Below are positions 52,613 through 63,563 of a stretch of 64,000 nt of DNA, in pieces (position 1 is the first letter of the stretch; each line of letters starts with the position of its first letter). The translations under genes and the position numbers were made by a program. The DNA is from a virus: IMG/VR virus record IMGVR_UViG_3300022841_000014, positions 2,724-66,723 of that record; one strand, given 5' to 3'. The notes below the pieces were generated by a model. That model searched no databases and was not told where the DNA came from. It saw only the letters and a list, made by a program, of their open reading frames with translations.

Positions 52613-54295
52613 TTATTTCTTTTTTGGCATTAAGCTATTCATATGTGAACTGTAAGAAGATTGATAACCTCCCATTGAACTATCATTAGTTTCTTCAGAT
52701 TTACCGTCTTCTTTTAATGGTTTTCCGTCTTTACCTAATTTAAAAGTTGTACCATCTTTCATTTCAATATTATAATTACCATTTGCATCATAAGTCATAC
52801 CCATCATTTCAGGATATTTTTTAAACAATTGTTCTTTTCCTAAGTTACCTAAATCATTACCCATTTGAGTAAGTAATGCAGCTCTGTTAGTATCGTAAGT
52901 TCCTTTGTTTCTATCGGTTAATTCTTGCTCAAGATTATTTTGTTGAATATTAAAATTTTCATTTGCATTATCAAATTGTTGACCAAATTGAGTTTGTGAA
53001 TTATTCTGAGCTTGTGCGTTTACAGATGCTTGACCTATAGCTTTAGATGTATTAAGATCGGAACCAAGCATGTTAGCAGCTACAAATCCTTTAGAACCAT
53101 TAGCAGCATTTTGCAAAGCTCTATTTGTATTACTTTGGTTAGCTAAAATATCTCTTTGAGCTCTATTTTCATCTATTAATGCAGGATCAAATTTTCTATT
53201 GTTTTTTTGTCTAACTTCTACTTCAGGATCTTCCATAGTGGCAAGTTGAAAAGCATTCATTGCTACTGGAGCTAATCTCATTGCGTTTTCTAAATAATTA
53301 CTATTTTTTTTATCATTATTATTTTTGTCAGTAGATAAATCAGTTTTATTAGCATTATTATTACCTATAATACCTACTTTTGATTGCTTAGATTGATCTG
53401 CAGCTTCTTGAGTTGTTAATTTTTTTACTGAACTATTTAGAGCTATTTGATTAGGTTCAGCTAAAGATTTATAAGCAGGTACTTCACCAGGAATACCCAT
53501 AACTTTTGTCATTGAACCAAATCCATTAGCACCGTTATTTTCATTTGGATTATCTGGATCTATGTATTCAAAAAATTTACCTTCTGAATTAGTGTAACCA
53601 GGTTTTTTAGGATTAATATCTAACAAACTACCTTTTGCATATTTATTTTGATTAACATAACCACCTTTTTTAAAACTGTTTAAATCTTTGTTAACACTAG
53701 CAATGTCAAAGTTTTGATTAGCTTTTGATATGTCTTTATTTTTACGACTAGTTCCTATTAAAGAACCTGTTCCTCCTACAACTCCTCCTATGGCAGCTCC
53801 CCATGGACCTGCTATTTGAGCACCTGCACTTACTCCTTTTGCAGTTGCAGCTATTGCAGGCATTGTTGCATCTTTTTTTTGCATGTTACCTACTGCGCCA
53901 GATGTATCAACATCAGTATTACCAAACATACCATCTGCTGATTCAAAAATAGTTTCTGCTCCTGCTAAATAAGCACCTGGACCAGCTTTACTGTTTGCTT
54001 GACCTGAAGCTTCTGACATTGATGCTCCTTCTTCTCCACCAAACATACCACCAAGAAAAGCTTGATTTTGTTGCATTGGATTTTGATATTGTTCAGCAGG
54101 TGCTTCTTGTTCTTTAATATATTCTTGCATATTAGCAAGACGCTGCATAAGAGCTTGTTCAGTATCTTTTGCAGCTTTATCGTTAAGTCCTTCAAATTTT
54201 GCACTTATAGCTTTACTTGCATCAGCAAAACTTTTTCCTTTTATATACTTAGGTAAATTAAATTTCTTACATAAGTCTTCGTTGTATTTTTTCAT
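52613..54295 (-). CDS. putative internal virion (cargo) protein with glycine zipper
   Basis: GPWGAAIGGVVGG; N/Q-rich coiled region. Confidence 0.7.
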   Translation of the reverse strand: MKKYNEDLCKKFNLPKYIKGKSFADASKAISAKFEGLNDKAAKDTEQALMQRLANMQEYIKEQEAPAEQYQNPMQQNQAFLGGMFGGEEGASMSEASGQANSKAGPGAYLAGAETIFESADGMFGNTDVDTSGAVGNMQKKDATMPAIAATAKGVSAGAQIAGPWGAAIGGVVGGTGSLIGTSRKNKDISKANQNFDIASVNKDLNSFKKGGYVNQNKYAKGSLLDINPKKPGYTNSEGKFFEYIDPDNPNENNGANGFGSMTKVMGIPGEVPAYKSLAEPNQIALNSSVKKLTTQEAADQSKQSKVGIIGNNNANKTDLSTDKNNNDKKNSNYLENAMRLAPVAMNAFQLATMEDPEVEVRQKNNRKFDPALIDENRAQRDILANQSNTNRALQNAANGSKGFVAANMLGSDLNTSKAIGQASVNAQAQNNSQTQFGQQFDNANENFNIQQNNLEQELTDRNKGTYDTNRAALLTQMGNDLGNLGKEQLFKKYPEMMGMTYDANGNYNIEMKDGTTFKLGKDGKPLKEDGKSEETNDSSMGGYQSSYSSHMNSLMPKKK

Positions 54296-55314
54296 TATTT
54301 GTATATTTTTACTCTATTACTAAATATAAACTTACCTTCTGGAAAATCAAAAGAAGTTTCATCTTCTTCAACTGTGTTACGTTTACCATTAGAACCCATT
54401 CCTTGATCTATTCCACCCATTGGATTTTGTTCATGTGTACCACCACCTTTAAAATGATTTAACATTCCACCATCTGCATTTTCATTAGTCATTGTATTAA
54501 CAGCAGAAGATGTTTCAGCTTGCATAGGTTCACTTTGTATTGGCTGACCATCTATTGGCTGTATTTGAGATTGAGCTTGAAATTTTTTTTGATTTTCTTC
54601 TCTTCTTTTAGATAAAAAATTATCAAAATCTCCTTTAGAAAATCCTTTATCTGATTTTTTATTATAAATAGGAGTTTGATCAACTCGTCTTTCTAAAGGT
54701 TGTTGTCTAAACTCGTTAGATTTTGAATTACCAGACATACCTAAATCTTCTCTAGGTGTAAAATCTTCATCATAAGCATTATCCCAACGATCATTTAATT
54801 TTTTTCTATGATCTTTATCTTTACCCGCCCACCAATTATCTAAGTATATATCTTTACCTTTTATAGTACCTTCTGCATAATCTTTTAAATTAACAGGACC
54901 CATTCTAAGGTCACCTAATGCAAGTATATCTTGTTGTTTTTCAGTAAGAATGCTTGCGTCACCTGTTTCATTGTCTATAATATCAGTTATATATTGAGGT
55001 ATTTTTTTACCTAAAGTTTTTAAATAATTTTTAGTACGAACAGCTGAGTAATATATTCTATTACTTGTTCCTTTGAAATGACCAGTTTGATGTTTACCAT
55101 CTTCACCATACATTTTACTGTAACCAACACCAGTTTCAAATTGATATTTACCTCGACCTGGACCACCACTACGTTGTTTAATAGTAGGGTCTCCTCCTGA
55201 TTCTAAATTACTAATTTGATACAAAAGATTTTCATAGGTTTCTCTTGTACCACCTTTCTCTTTAACAATGTTATTTAAAACATCATCATATAAATCTTTT
55301 GTTTTATCTGGCAT
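54295..55314 (-). CDS. virion protein with lysozyme-like/transglycosylase domain
   Basis: LESGG...GRGKYQF; C-terminal GGTHEQNP.GG...VE..ET...IFSNR. Confidence 0.65.
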   Translation of the reverse strand: MPDKTKDLYDDVLNNIVKEKGGTRETYENLLYQISNLESGGDPTIKQRSGGPGRGKYQFETGVGYSKMYGEDGKHQTGHFKGTSNRIYYSAVRTKNYLKTLGKKIPQYITDIIDNETGDASILTEKQQDILALGDLRMGPVNLKDYAEGTIKGKDIYLDNWWAGKDKDHRKKLNDRWDNAYDEDFTPREDLGMSGNSKSNEFRQQPLERRVDQTPIYNKKSDKGFSKGDFDNFLSKRREENQKKFQAQSQIQPIDGQPIQSEPMQAETSSAVNTMTNENADGGMLNHFKGGGTHEQNPMGGIDQGMGSNGKRNTVEEDETSFDFPEGKFIFSNRVKIYK

Positions 55315-55375
55315 AATTACAAATATATTATTTTTATTTTTCTTAAACTAATTTTAATTGATTTATTTTATACTA

Positions 55376-58300
55376 TTATATAGTATACAAAACGTTAATG
55401 TCATGCAATACTAATTTTTTATTGTCATTACTTTCAAATCCTAGTTCTAAATACATCCACGGATTTCTAATTCTATCTCTACCAACTCTTGGTACTAAAG
55501 CTTTCCAATCTCTAAATTTTCTAGCTATGTTAACACTATATTGATAAGGAACAGTACTAGTTTCTTGATGTTCATTATAAGCTCTACTGTAAGTAAGAGT
55601 TTGATATTGTTGATCTATACCATCTATAGTAACTTCTGATTTATATACTATATTGTTAAATATACAATCTAAATCTGGTTCTGGGTTTACTAATAATGTT
55701 ATAATGCTACGAATTATATAACCGTAATAATTATTGTAAAGACCTTTTCCGTGTTCATATACATATATACCATTAACTGTTCCAAAGAATTTATGAGATG
55801 AATCTATATATATTCTAGGTACATAAAATTTAGTGTCAACAAACTGATCAATTTTTTCATTAAAAACTCTAGTTTTATTTACTTTACCTGAAAGTGTTAT
55901 ATAAACGTCTTTATTATAAGTATCATATCCTAATAAAACACCTTGATCTATTAAAGGATTGTCAATTTTAAAACCTGTATAATCATGATTATTATGAAAC
56001 CAAGATCTTAAACCTTTAGAGTCAGACAAACTCATTTCCATATTATCTTGAACTCTAAACAAAGATTTATTAAGAGTATCATAATAATAAATACCTCTAG
56101 CACCTGCTACTATTCCCCATTTATTAATAGATCCCGATTTAGTAGTAATATATTTGTAATCTTGCAATACTCTACCTGTACCTAATTCTAAACTTAAACC
56201 GTCTGAAGCTTGAGTTTGTACTCTAGGATTAATAGATATTGCACACACTGCCTTGTCTTGAAATGTATATATTTGATCTTTAAAATTTATAGTTCCATTA
56301 ATTGAACCATATTTACCATCAAGATCTATTGTTTCGTTAACAAGATTATCTGTCCAACTGTCTATAAATTCACCTGCTATCTTTTTTTTACTTGCTACAA
56401 TTGTTGTACCAAAATCATTTATTTCTTTAAAGTTAGCGTCTACATTTCTACGTTTTAAAATACTTTGTTTTTGTGAATATATTTTATTATATTTTTGAAA
56501 ACTTTCATAAGTAGGTTGGAATGTAGAATCCCAATCTTGTATAGAATTATCATTTCTATTTTTAAGATCTACAGTAGTTTCCACTTTAAAAGAAATTATT
56601 TCAGTAAGTTGATTAACTCCAGCTGATGCTATTGTAGTATTAATTTTAGAACTTTTTGTAAATGTATAATCACTTACAAAAGTATCCCCAGGTGAATCAA
56701 TTACATTAATGTTAACACTAATGTCTTTATAATCACCTACTCCTATATAACTTGTACGAAGTTTAGATTCATAATTGTTACCACCATATATATTTCCTAT
56801 ATATTTATAAGAATCAGGTTTAACAAATTCAGAAACTATTAAACCATTAGTAGTTGAAAAGCCACCTTGTTCATGTAGTTTTTCAATAGTAGGTCTTAAA
56901 TAACTAGGAAGAGAAAAATTTTCATCACCTAATACAAAAGTAATAGAATTTATTGAATTTGAATTATAACCTCTACCTGCTGGTTTGTCCTTATCTAATT
57001 TTTGACTTAAATCTTGAAGTATAGTAGTATAATTATTACTATATCTAAAATCAGAATCATTATTATAAGTTCTTACACCTTGACCTAAAACTTGAACTTC
57101 TGGAGAACCATATACAGAATAGTTATAGTATTGAGAAATAGAAACGTTAGGTTCATATGCACCTTTAAATTCTCTATAGAATTGATGTAAATTAGCTACT
57201 CCACTTGCTCCAGGTGGTGCAAATATACCAGCAGTCAAAGGTACTCTTGCATCTCCTGAGATTGTTACAGTGTTTGCATTTGGTGCATATGGAGATAGAG
57301 CACCACTAATTTTACCTGAATGCCCTATTACTTGAGTTACATAATTTATTTCACTAGCTTGAGTTTGTTGATTTGATTGTTCAATCATACCTTTAATTCT
57401 AAGTTCATGAGTAGAATCTGGTATTAATGAATCAAACAATACATCAGGTGTATACATTTGCATCATGTTATTAAATTGAAATAACTGACCTCTAAATTCA
57501 CTACTTGACGAAGCTTTATATCCTTCGCTATCTGAGTTACCTGTTAATTGATTCGAATCTAAACCTAAAGAGTTATTAGCTAAAGGTGCGTTGTTAGCAC
57601 ATTGAAGCATTGGGTAATTGAATTCAAAAGTTCTTATAAGACTTGGGTATTTAACAACTTGTTGATCGTATTGATAACCTGTATTTTTTACTTGTCCATA
57701 ATTTTTCTTATCAGCTCCAATTTTATTACCTATCATTGGGTTAATAATTCCTTGACATAGTATAGTACGATCAGAAACTTTTCTATCAGCTCTTAATATT
57801 TTATAACCAATAGGTTTTTCGTTTTTTGGTAATAAATTTATTAAATCATAAAATTCACTTTTAAGTTCTACAGTTAATGTATTATACAAACCATTAAGAT
57901 TATTGTCAGGAGCTATAAAATCACCAATCCATTTAGGTAATGCTTTTTGACCTCTACTATTATAAAACTCTACAGATATTCTATATATTTCATTAGATTT
58001 AAAGTATTGACTATCTTTATTGTATACATCTGTTGTAGATAATTCATATTTTAAATATTTACCTTCACCACCTAATGTACTTCCATCTTTTTGATACTTG
58101 TATATATTATAATCTGGATTAATTGAATCATGAGTTTTAGACAATACATAATTTAATGGTATGTTTGTAAATGGAGTAGCAGGTTTATTATTTATAATAT
58201 TTCCTGTATTACTCCATACACTAGCTGCATTTAAACTATTAAAACTATAAGCTCTTGCATCAAAATTTTCTAATTGATAAAAATCTTCTCTAATGTTAAA

Positions 58301-59353
58301 TTTAAATAATTGATTATCTTTTGATTCTATATGTTTAGGTACAGTAACTTCAGATCCTAAAAATGCAAATTGCTCTAAAGATATATCAGAAATAGTATTA
58401 CCATCATCATATATAGTTAAACTACCATTATCAGGTATAGACCTATCAGAAATAATAGAAACTTTAGGTGTTTCATTAATTGAATTATATTTTAAAGCGT
58501 ATACTCTAATATTAGTATATGAAAGATCTAAATTATTTAATTCTATTATAGGTATAGAGCTTACTACATCGTTTACATTACCTCCTTCACTTGTTATGTT
58601 GGAACTTAAAGGTGTTAAACTAGTAAGTGGACTAATTACACTTTGATTTAAATTTGTTTTATATAAATTATAACCGTATTGTACTAACCCAGATGTATGT
58701 ATACCACCTTGGCTAAATCTTGTTATTTTTGGTTGAGATAAAGTTATGTTACTAACTGAATTAATTAAATCTGCATTTAAGTCAATTAAATTTTCTTTAT
58801 CACCATTTTCTATTGAATGACGTAAATTTAAAAATCTCAATTGATTTTTGCCATCTACCCAATATATTTTTTCATTTTTTTCATTTTCATAATTATATAT
58901 AAGTTGTATAGGATTATTTATAGATAAATTTAAATTTCTAATATATAATAATTCTATATTATAAGCAGTATTATCATTATAAATATCTTTAACTTCCCAT
59001 ACTACATTAGTTGTACCAGAACCTGTAATTAATATTACACTATCTTTAGTGTTTACATGACCTAATATATCAGGATAATTAGTAATATTCATATCACTAA
59101 TTTCAGTATTTTCGTATGTTAAAACACTAGATCCATAAGATATTAATTTTGTAGTAGTATCTACAGATATATTATTAGGAATAATAAAAGCTAACTCAGT
59201 TCCTTTTTCATTTGTAACAGCACCTGTAGTCTGAGAATCTTCAGATATAATTCTAATATGTTGTGCTTCATAATAAAACTGAGGTTGATGTTTTGATTTA
59301 CTTGTATCTTGGTTAATACCACCATACGTATATTTTGCGCTTTTAATTGGCAT
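55376..59353 (-). CDS. tail stabilization/muzzle protein
   Basis: 1325 aa beta-rich; GGINQD start and RIRNPW end; synteny. Confidence 0.8.
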   Translation of the reverse strand: MPIKSAKYTYGGINQDTSKSKHQPQFYYEAQHIRIISEDSQTTGAVTNEKGTELAFIIPNNISVDTTTKLISYGSSVLTYENTEISDMNITNYPDILGHVNTKDSVILITGSGTTNVVWEVKDIYNDNTAYNIELLYIRNLNLSINNPIQLIYNYENEKNEKIYWVDGKNQLRFLNLRHSIENGDKENLIDLNADLINSVSNITLSQPKITRFSQGGIHTSGLVQYGYNLYKTNLNQSVISPLTSLTPLSSNITSEGGNVNDVVSSIPIIELNNLDLSYTNIRVYALKYNSINETPKVSIISDRSIPDNGSLTIYDDGNTISDISLEQFAFLGSEVTVPKHIESKDNQLFKFNIREDFYQLENFDARAYSFNSLNAASVWSNTGNIINNKPATPFTNIPLNYVLSKTHDSINPDYNIYKYQKDGSTLGGEGKYLKYELSTTDVYNKDSQYFKSNEIYRISVEFYNSRGQKALPKWIGDFIAPDNNLNGLYNTLTVELKSEFYDLINLLPKNEKPIGYKILRADRKVSDRTILCQGIINPMIGNKIGADKKNYGQVKNTGYQYDQQVVKYPSLIRTFEFNYPMLQCANNAPLANNSLGLDSNQLTGNSDSEGYKASSSSEFRGQLFQFNNMMQMYTPDVLFDSLIPDSTHELRIKGMIEQSNQQTQASEINYVTQVIGHSGKISGALSPYAPNANTVTISGDARVPLTAGIFAPPGASGVANLHQFYREFKGAYEPNVSISQYYNYSVYGSPEVQVLGQGVRTYNNDSDFRYSNNYTTILQDLSQKLDKDKPAGRGYNSNSINSITFVLGDENFSLPSYLRPTIEKLHEQGGFSTTNGLIVSEFVKPDSYKYIGNIYGGNNYESKLRTSYIGVGDYKDISVNINVIDSPGDTFVSDYTFTKSSKINTTIASAGVNQLTEIISFKVETTVDLKNRNDNSIQDWDSTFQPTYESFQKYNKIYSQKQSILKRRNVDANFKEINDFGTTIVASKKKIAGEFIDSWTDNLVNETIDLDGKYGSINGTINFKDQIYTFQDKAVCAISINPRVQTQASDGLSLELGTGRVLQDYKYITTKSGSINKWGIVAGARGIYYYDTLNKSLFRVQDNMEMSLSDSKGLRSWFHNNHDYTGFKIDNPLIDQGVLLGYDTYNKDVYITLSGKVNKTRVFNEKIDQFVDTKFYVPRIYIDSSHKFFGTVNGIYVYEHGKGLYNNYYGYIIRSIITLLVNPEPDLDCIFNNIVYKSEVTIDGIDQQYQTLTYSRAYNEHQETSTVPYQYSVNIARKFRDWKALVPRVGRDRIRNPWMYLELGFESNDNKKLVLHDINVLYTI

Positions 59354-59357
59354 ATTA

Positions 59358-60110
59358 TTATATGTGATTTAAATTATTAGTAGTGTTATCGTTATGTCTT
59401 TTCTTTATTTTTTCTTGTTGATGGAGACCTTTAAAACCTTGAGCGTTCATACTTGAATCATGTATCATTCTATTAATACCTTTCATAGTAGTATCCCAAT
59501 GATCCATACCTGCTAATTTAAGACTACTTGTAGCCTGTCCAATAGCCCAAGCATATTCTTGTTCCACTTTGCTGTAAAAACGATCTGTAACCTTTCCTAT
59601 TGCCATTAAACCAAATAGATGTTCTTTCATCATATAGTAATACAAAGCGTCTATAAAAGATTGATCATCTGGAAGTTTAGGATATCCATCTTCATCTAAT
59701 AATATACCATAATAAGATATTTCTAAAAACCCATTTGGAGTGTTAATGTCTATATAATTATCATTCATAGTATAAAGAACATCACAACTTACATCTTGAT
59801 TGTATTCATTACAATGAAAACCACTAGAAAATATATCACCATTATATCTTACTGGTTGATACATTGAATCATCAAAATTTGTTTTATATCTCATACCTCT
59901 CATTGTAAGTAAATCAGATGGTATTTTAGCTTTATAATTAGATATTTCAATTATCTCAGTAGTTTGATTTAATATAAAACCCATTTTAATTCTTCTAATC
60001 AATTCATAAGCATAATCTGCAGCTTGTTCTTCTGATAAATCAGACATAAATGAATGATTCATTACTTTCCATAAGACAGTTTGAAATGATCTAGTTTTTC
60101 CGTTGTACAT
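59358..60110 (-). CDS. tail ring/tubular protein
   Basis: DEDGYPKLPD...AL..Y motif; synteny. Confidence 0.7.
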   Translation of the reverse strand: MYNGKTRSFQTVLWKVMNHSFMSDLSEEQAADYAYELIRRIKMGFILNQTTEIIEISNYKAKIPSDLLTMRGMRYKTNFDDSMYQPVRYNGDIFSSGFHCNEYNQDVSCDVLYTMNDNYIDINTPNGFLEISYYGILLDEDGYPKLPDDQSFIDALYYYMMKEHLFGLMAIGKVTDRFYSKVEQEYAWAIGQATSSLKLAGMDHWDTTMKGINRMIHDSSMNAQGFKGLHQQEKIKKRHNDNTTNNLNHI

Positions 60111-60112
60111 AG

Positions 60113-60613
60113 TTATTGTTTTATTTGAGCGTCATATTTGCTCTTAGAATAATCATTAATTCTTTTAGTTATACTTCTTGAGAAATCTCTTACTGGTTTA
60201 AAAAAATAAACAGTTTTGTTTTTATATTTACCTATATTTTTATTATAAAATATTCTAAATACAAAACCACCAGTATGTTTATTATTATGTCTTATTAATA
60301 TTTTGTTAATTTTAGCTTCTTTATTTTCTTTCCATAAATCTTTAGTAGCTTTCCAATTGATAGGTTTATTATTAATAACTACACCTTCTTTATTTATATA
60401 AACTTTTCTTTCTTTTTTAATAATTTCTATTTGACCAAATCTCTTAGGTAATTTAATTTGACCTTTTTCAATTACTTCTTTTACTAATTCTATATTAAAT
60501 AAACTATATATATTTTTAAATTCTTTTTTTGTTATATCTCTGTTAGGATATTTTTCTTTATAATATTTATAGTAATCATTTATTCCGTAATGAGATATTA
60601 TTTTATTGGTCAT
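60113..60613 (-). CDS. IHF/HU-like protein of the crAss structural module
   Basis: IKLPKRFGQIEI, INWKAT..LW, FKP.R; start likely 60613. Confidence 0.7.
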   Translation of the reverse strand: MTNKIISHYGINDYYKYYKEKYPNRDITKKEFKNIYSLFNIELVKEVIEKGQIKLPKRFGQIEIIKKERKVYINKEGVVINNKPINWKATKDLWKENKEAKINKILIRHNNKHTGGFVFRIFYNKNIGKYKNKTVYFFKPVRDFSRSITKRINDYSKSKYDAQIKQ

Positions 60614-61286
60614 CGTCTGAGTTGTTTGATCTGTCTTGTAGTCTTGGATCTTTTCTTCCAAGTAATTCGTTAATTATTTCCATTCTTATTATATCAAGTA
60701 AATCTGGACTTAAAGGATAATCAGTTTTCATTTCATCAAAACATGGAATTGAATCATCACAACTACAACAATTTTTATATTCTTTTAATTCTAATGGATT
60801 TTCAAAAACACCACTAATACTAATACAATCAGTAAAAATAGGTTTAGATGATATTAAATATATATGACCATCATCATGTAAATAAGATTTTATTTTATTT
60901 GCAAAGTTACTTTTTAAATAATAAGGAGCTTTTTCTCTTGGTATGTTATTAAATTTTTTACTTAATTGATCAGAAGGAGAAACTCTTTCAATTGCATCTT
61001 TATCACTTAATTGTAAAAGCTTAGGTATAGGTCTTTTAGTAGTCATTATTTTATCACAACCATCTAATCCACACATATCTGAACTTACTTCATGTAATTC
61101 AAGACATAAAGATTGTAATACTCTATTATCAAACTTACGACCAAATCTATCTAAACGTTGTTTTAAATACTTAGCTCTTTTAATATTATACAAATACAAT
61201 ATGTATTCATTTGAAAACTCACTATCATCTGAGTATTCTTTAATTCCTTCACGAACATCGTAAACAATTTCTTCAATTAATGCCAT
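60603..61286 (-). CDS. tail ring protein
   Basis: 227 aa; GVFENP and DYPL motifs; synteny. Confidence 0.65.
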   Translation of the reverse strand: MALIEEIVYDVREGIKEYSDDSEFSNEYILYLYNIKRAKYLKQRLDRFGRKFDNRVLQSLCLELHEVSSDMCGLDGCDKIMTTKRPIPKLLQLSDKDAIERVSPSDQLSKKFNNIPREKAPYYLKSNFANKIKSYLHDDGHIYLISSKPIFTDCISISGVFENPLELKEYKNCCSCDDSIPCFDEMKTDYPLSPDLLDIIRMEIINELLGRKDPRLQDRSNNSDDDQ

Positions 61287-61306
61287 AGTTTCTTTTTATT
61301 TTAAAT

Positions 61307-61342
61307 AAAAAAACCCTCCCCCTGTTTTTGGAGAAGGGTTTT
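61307..61342 (-). terminator. intrinsic terminator
   Basis: AACCCT...AGGGTT stem with an A-tract on the + strand. Confidence 0.6.
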
Positions 61343-61363
61343 ACACTCAACTTAAATATATAT

Positions 61364-62299
61364 TTATCTGTTTAAATATTTCTGATAATTAGAATCGTTC
61401 ATTTCAAACATTCTATCAGTATCTAAATCTTTCATTATGTGTTTAACTGTTCCAGCTGTTGTTACAGTTTCTTTAATTTTTTCTAGATTATAACCTCCGT
61501 TAATTGGAGAACTAAATCTTTCTTTACCTTGCATTACGCCTGCATGAAACTTAGGTTTTTCCCAACCTACCAATTTGCAATATACGTTTTCAAGTTGTCT
61601 AACATCTTCGTCACAATAAGTAACCATGTCTTTAAGAGCTTGAGCGTCTTTTTTAAATACTATATCAGTCCAAAGAGCAATGTTAGTTTTAATTTTTCCT
61701 TCAAACCCTAAATATTTAGCTATATAGTCAAGTCTATTACTGTTAAAGTTAAATTTCTTCTTAGCTAATTTAAGAGTGTCTAATGACTTATAATCAATTA
61801 GCATTCCTTTGATGCCGTGATACAATGCACGTGTCTTAATCCATTTTAAATCAAACCTGTCGCCATTGTGAGCAACCATCATGTCAGCTTCATTCATTAC
61901 TACAATAAAGTTTTCAATAAGGAATTTATCACATTGATTTTTGTCCCATACTAAATTGTAAACTTCTTCTTCTCCTAACCATTTATAACTAACACAAATA
62001 ATTGCTCTTTCTTTAGTTATATTTTCAGGAGAAATATTTAATTTATATCCAGCTCTCCAAAACCATCCAATGTTAGGAGAGGTTTCTATATCATATATAA
62101 GAACTCGACCTCCTTGTTCTTGTGGTTTGTAACTAGCTTCTTTGAGTTCTAATTTAACTTCACTCAATGCTTGATAACAAGTTGCTATATCTACATCTTT
62201 AATATAACCACTAAATAATCTTTCTGCTAATACTATTCCTGATTTTTTAAGATATCCAGGTTTATCAATTAAAAATTGTTTAATTTCTTGTAAATTCAT
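61364..62299 (-). CDS. DnaQ/RNase H-like 3'-5' exonuclease
   Basis: YDIET, AHNGDRFD, DTL, SNRLD, YCDEDV. Confidence 0.85.
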   Translation of the reverse strand: MNLQEIKQFLIDKPGYLKKSGIVLAERLFSGYIKDVDIATCYQALSEVKLELKEASYKPQEQGGRVLIYDIETSPNIGWFWRAGYKLNISPENITKERAIICVSYKWLGEEEVYNLVWDKNQCDKFLIENFIVVMNEADMMVAHNGDRFDLKWIKTRALYHGIKGMLIDYKSLDTLKLAKKKFNFNSNRLDYIAKYLGFEGKIKTNIALWTDIVFKKDAQALKDMVTYCDEDVRQLENVYCKLVGWEKPKFHAGVMQGKERFSSPINGGYNLEKIKETVTTAGTVKHIMKDLDTDRMFEMNDSNYQKYLNR

Positions 62300-62320
62300 A
62301 TTTTATATTTAAGTTCAGTA

Positions 62321-62328
62321 CAAAGGTA
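62321..62328 (-). promoter_or_regulatory. possible Bacteroidota housekeeping-sigma -7 element
   Basis: TACCTTTG (TAnnTTTG) 21 nt upstream of the exonuclease ATG; -33 spacing is non-ideal. Confidence 0.4.
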
Positions 62329-62363
62329 GTTATAATAATTGACAATTCCTAATGTTTAAGTTA

Positions 62364-62873
62364 TTATTTTATATTATTTTTTCTTATCTTTTGTATCTTC
62401 TCTAAACCTCTTGATCCAAAATATGCTCCATATACTAGTAATAACAAAGAACTTAATAAATCAACCCAATGTTTTTTTACTTCAAAACCATTAACTGAAC
62501 TATCTACAATTATATATATAGACATTATTATAGTTAAAAACAATACAATAGTAGGTCTAACGTTTTTTGATAACCAACTATCTGAAGTCATATCAGATTC
62601 CCAACGTTTTGTTATTTCTTTAGCTTCTAATACATCGTATTCAAGTTCTTTTAATGCAAATTCTTTGTTAACAGGTGATATAGTATTAGTTCCTTTTATT
62701 TTATCAGCTAATACTTCTAACGCACCTATACCTGTAACTTTACCTGCTATATCTAATATCTCAGGAGCTACACCACCTATAGTTCTAAGAAAATCACCTA
62801 CGCGAGTAGTTCCATTTCTTTCTTTATACGATCCTTTTTTTGGAGGATTTAAATCACTCATTCTCTGTTTCAT
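62364..62873 (-). CDS. holin (GTA 3TM-holin-like)
   Basis: RWESDM.SDSWLSKNVRP, TM helices, AYFGSRGLEK. Confidence 0.8.
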   Translation of the reverse strand: MKQRMSDLNPPKKGSYKERNGTTRVGDFLRTIGGVAPEILDIAGKVTGIGALEVLADKIKGTNTISPVNKEFALKELEYDVLEAKEITKRWESDMTSDSWLSKNVRPTIVLFLTIIMSIYIIVDSSVNGFEVKKHWVDLLSSLLLLVYGAYFGSRGLEKIQKIRKNNIK

Positions 62874-62874
62874 A

Positions 62875-63234
62875 TTAATATGTCCAAATTACATCTTGAA
62901 CTTTTTCAAGATCGCTATCTACATGTATAAAATTATTAGCTATTCCTATTCTAGTAAAACCTGCTATTAATAATGCATTAACTATTATAAATCTATTAGC
63001 TGAACTACTGCATGAAATGTCAGCAGCTAATCCTTTAGTATGAGAGCTTCCGTTTACTCCTCCTACTTTTTCATTGTGAGTAACTGTTCTGTAACCAGAA
63101 GTTATTCTAAATGAAATCTCAGCTATATCTCTTGCTTTGTCTAAAGACAATAAAAATGAAGATTCCATTTTAGAACCTGAATTTACTAAATCAGGAGAAT
63201 CAAATTCGTTTATTGTAAAATATTTTAATTTCAT
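62875..63234 (-). CDS. endolysin, peptidase M15 family
   Basis: ITSGYR...HN..VGG...SSH..G.AADI, FIHVD. Confidence 0.9.
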   Translation of the reverse strand: MKLKYFTINEFDSPDLVNSGSKMESSFLLSLDKARDIAEISFRITSGYRTVTHNEKVGGVNGSSHTKGLAADISCSSSANRFIIVNALLIAGFTRIGIANNFIHVDSDLEKVQDVIWTY

Positions 63235-63235
63235 A

Positions 63236-63538
63236 TTATTTATCTCTAAAAATTTCTAATATTAAGTTTTTAAGCTCTTCCATTTTTCTATCTTGTCTTT
63301 CAGATTGTGTATCTAATTTTTCTAAGATTTGCTCATTTGCATTTTCCATTTTATTTTTTATTAAAATTAATTCCTTATCATTTCTAAGATTTTCTTTTTC
63401 AATATTAGATATTCTGTTTTTAAGAGCTTCTTCTTTTGTAGCTGAACTTTGTGCAAAACTATAAAATCTCCAAACTATACCTACTATAGTTATAATAGGT
63501 AAATAGTTCAATACGTCAGTGTATGTCATTTTTGTCAA
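63236..63538 (-). CDS. membrane-anchored coiled-coil protein (lysis module)
   Basis: N-terminal TM plus coiled coil, next to the endolysin; start codon TTG or ATG 63529. Confidence 0.6.
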   Translation of the reverse strand: MTKMTYTDVLNYLPIITIVGIVWRFYSFAQSSATKEEALKNRISNIEKENLRNDKELILIKNKMENANEQILEKLDTQSERQDRKMEELKNLILEIFRDK

Positions 63539-63563
63539 TTTACTATATTATTATTTATTTTAT

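Noticed and set aside
2384-62970. Short opposite-strand or nested ORFs in the track (e.g. 2384, 7434, 16424, 24491, 34285, 45130, 53965, 62665)
   Set aside because: They are shadows of well-supported genes with no recognisable motifs.
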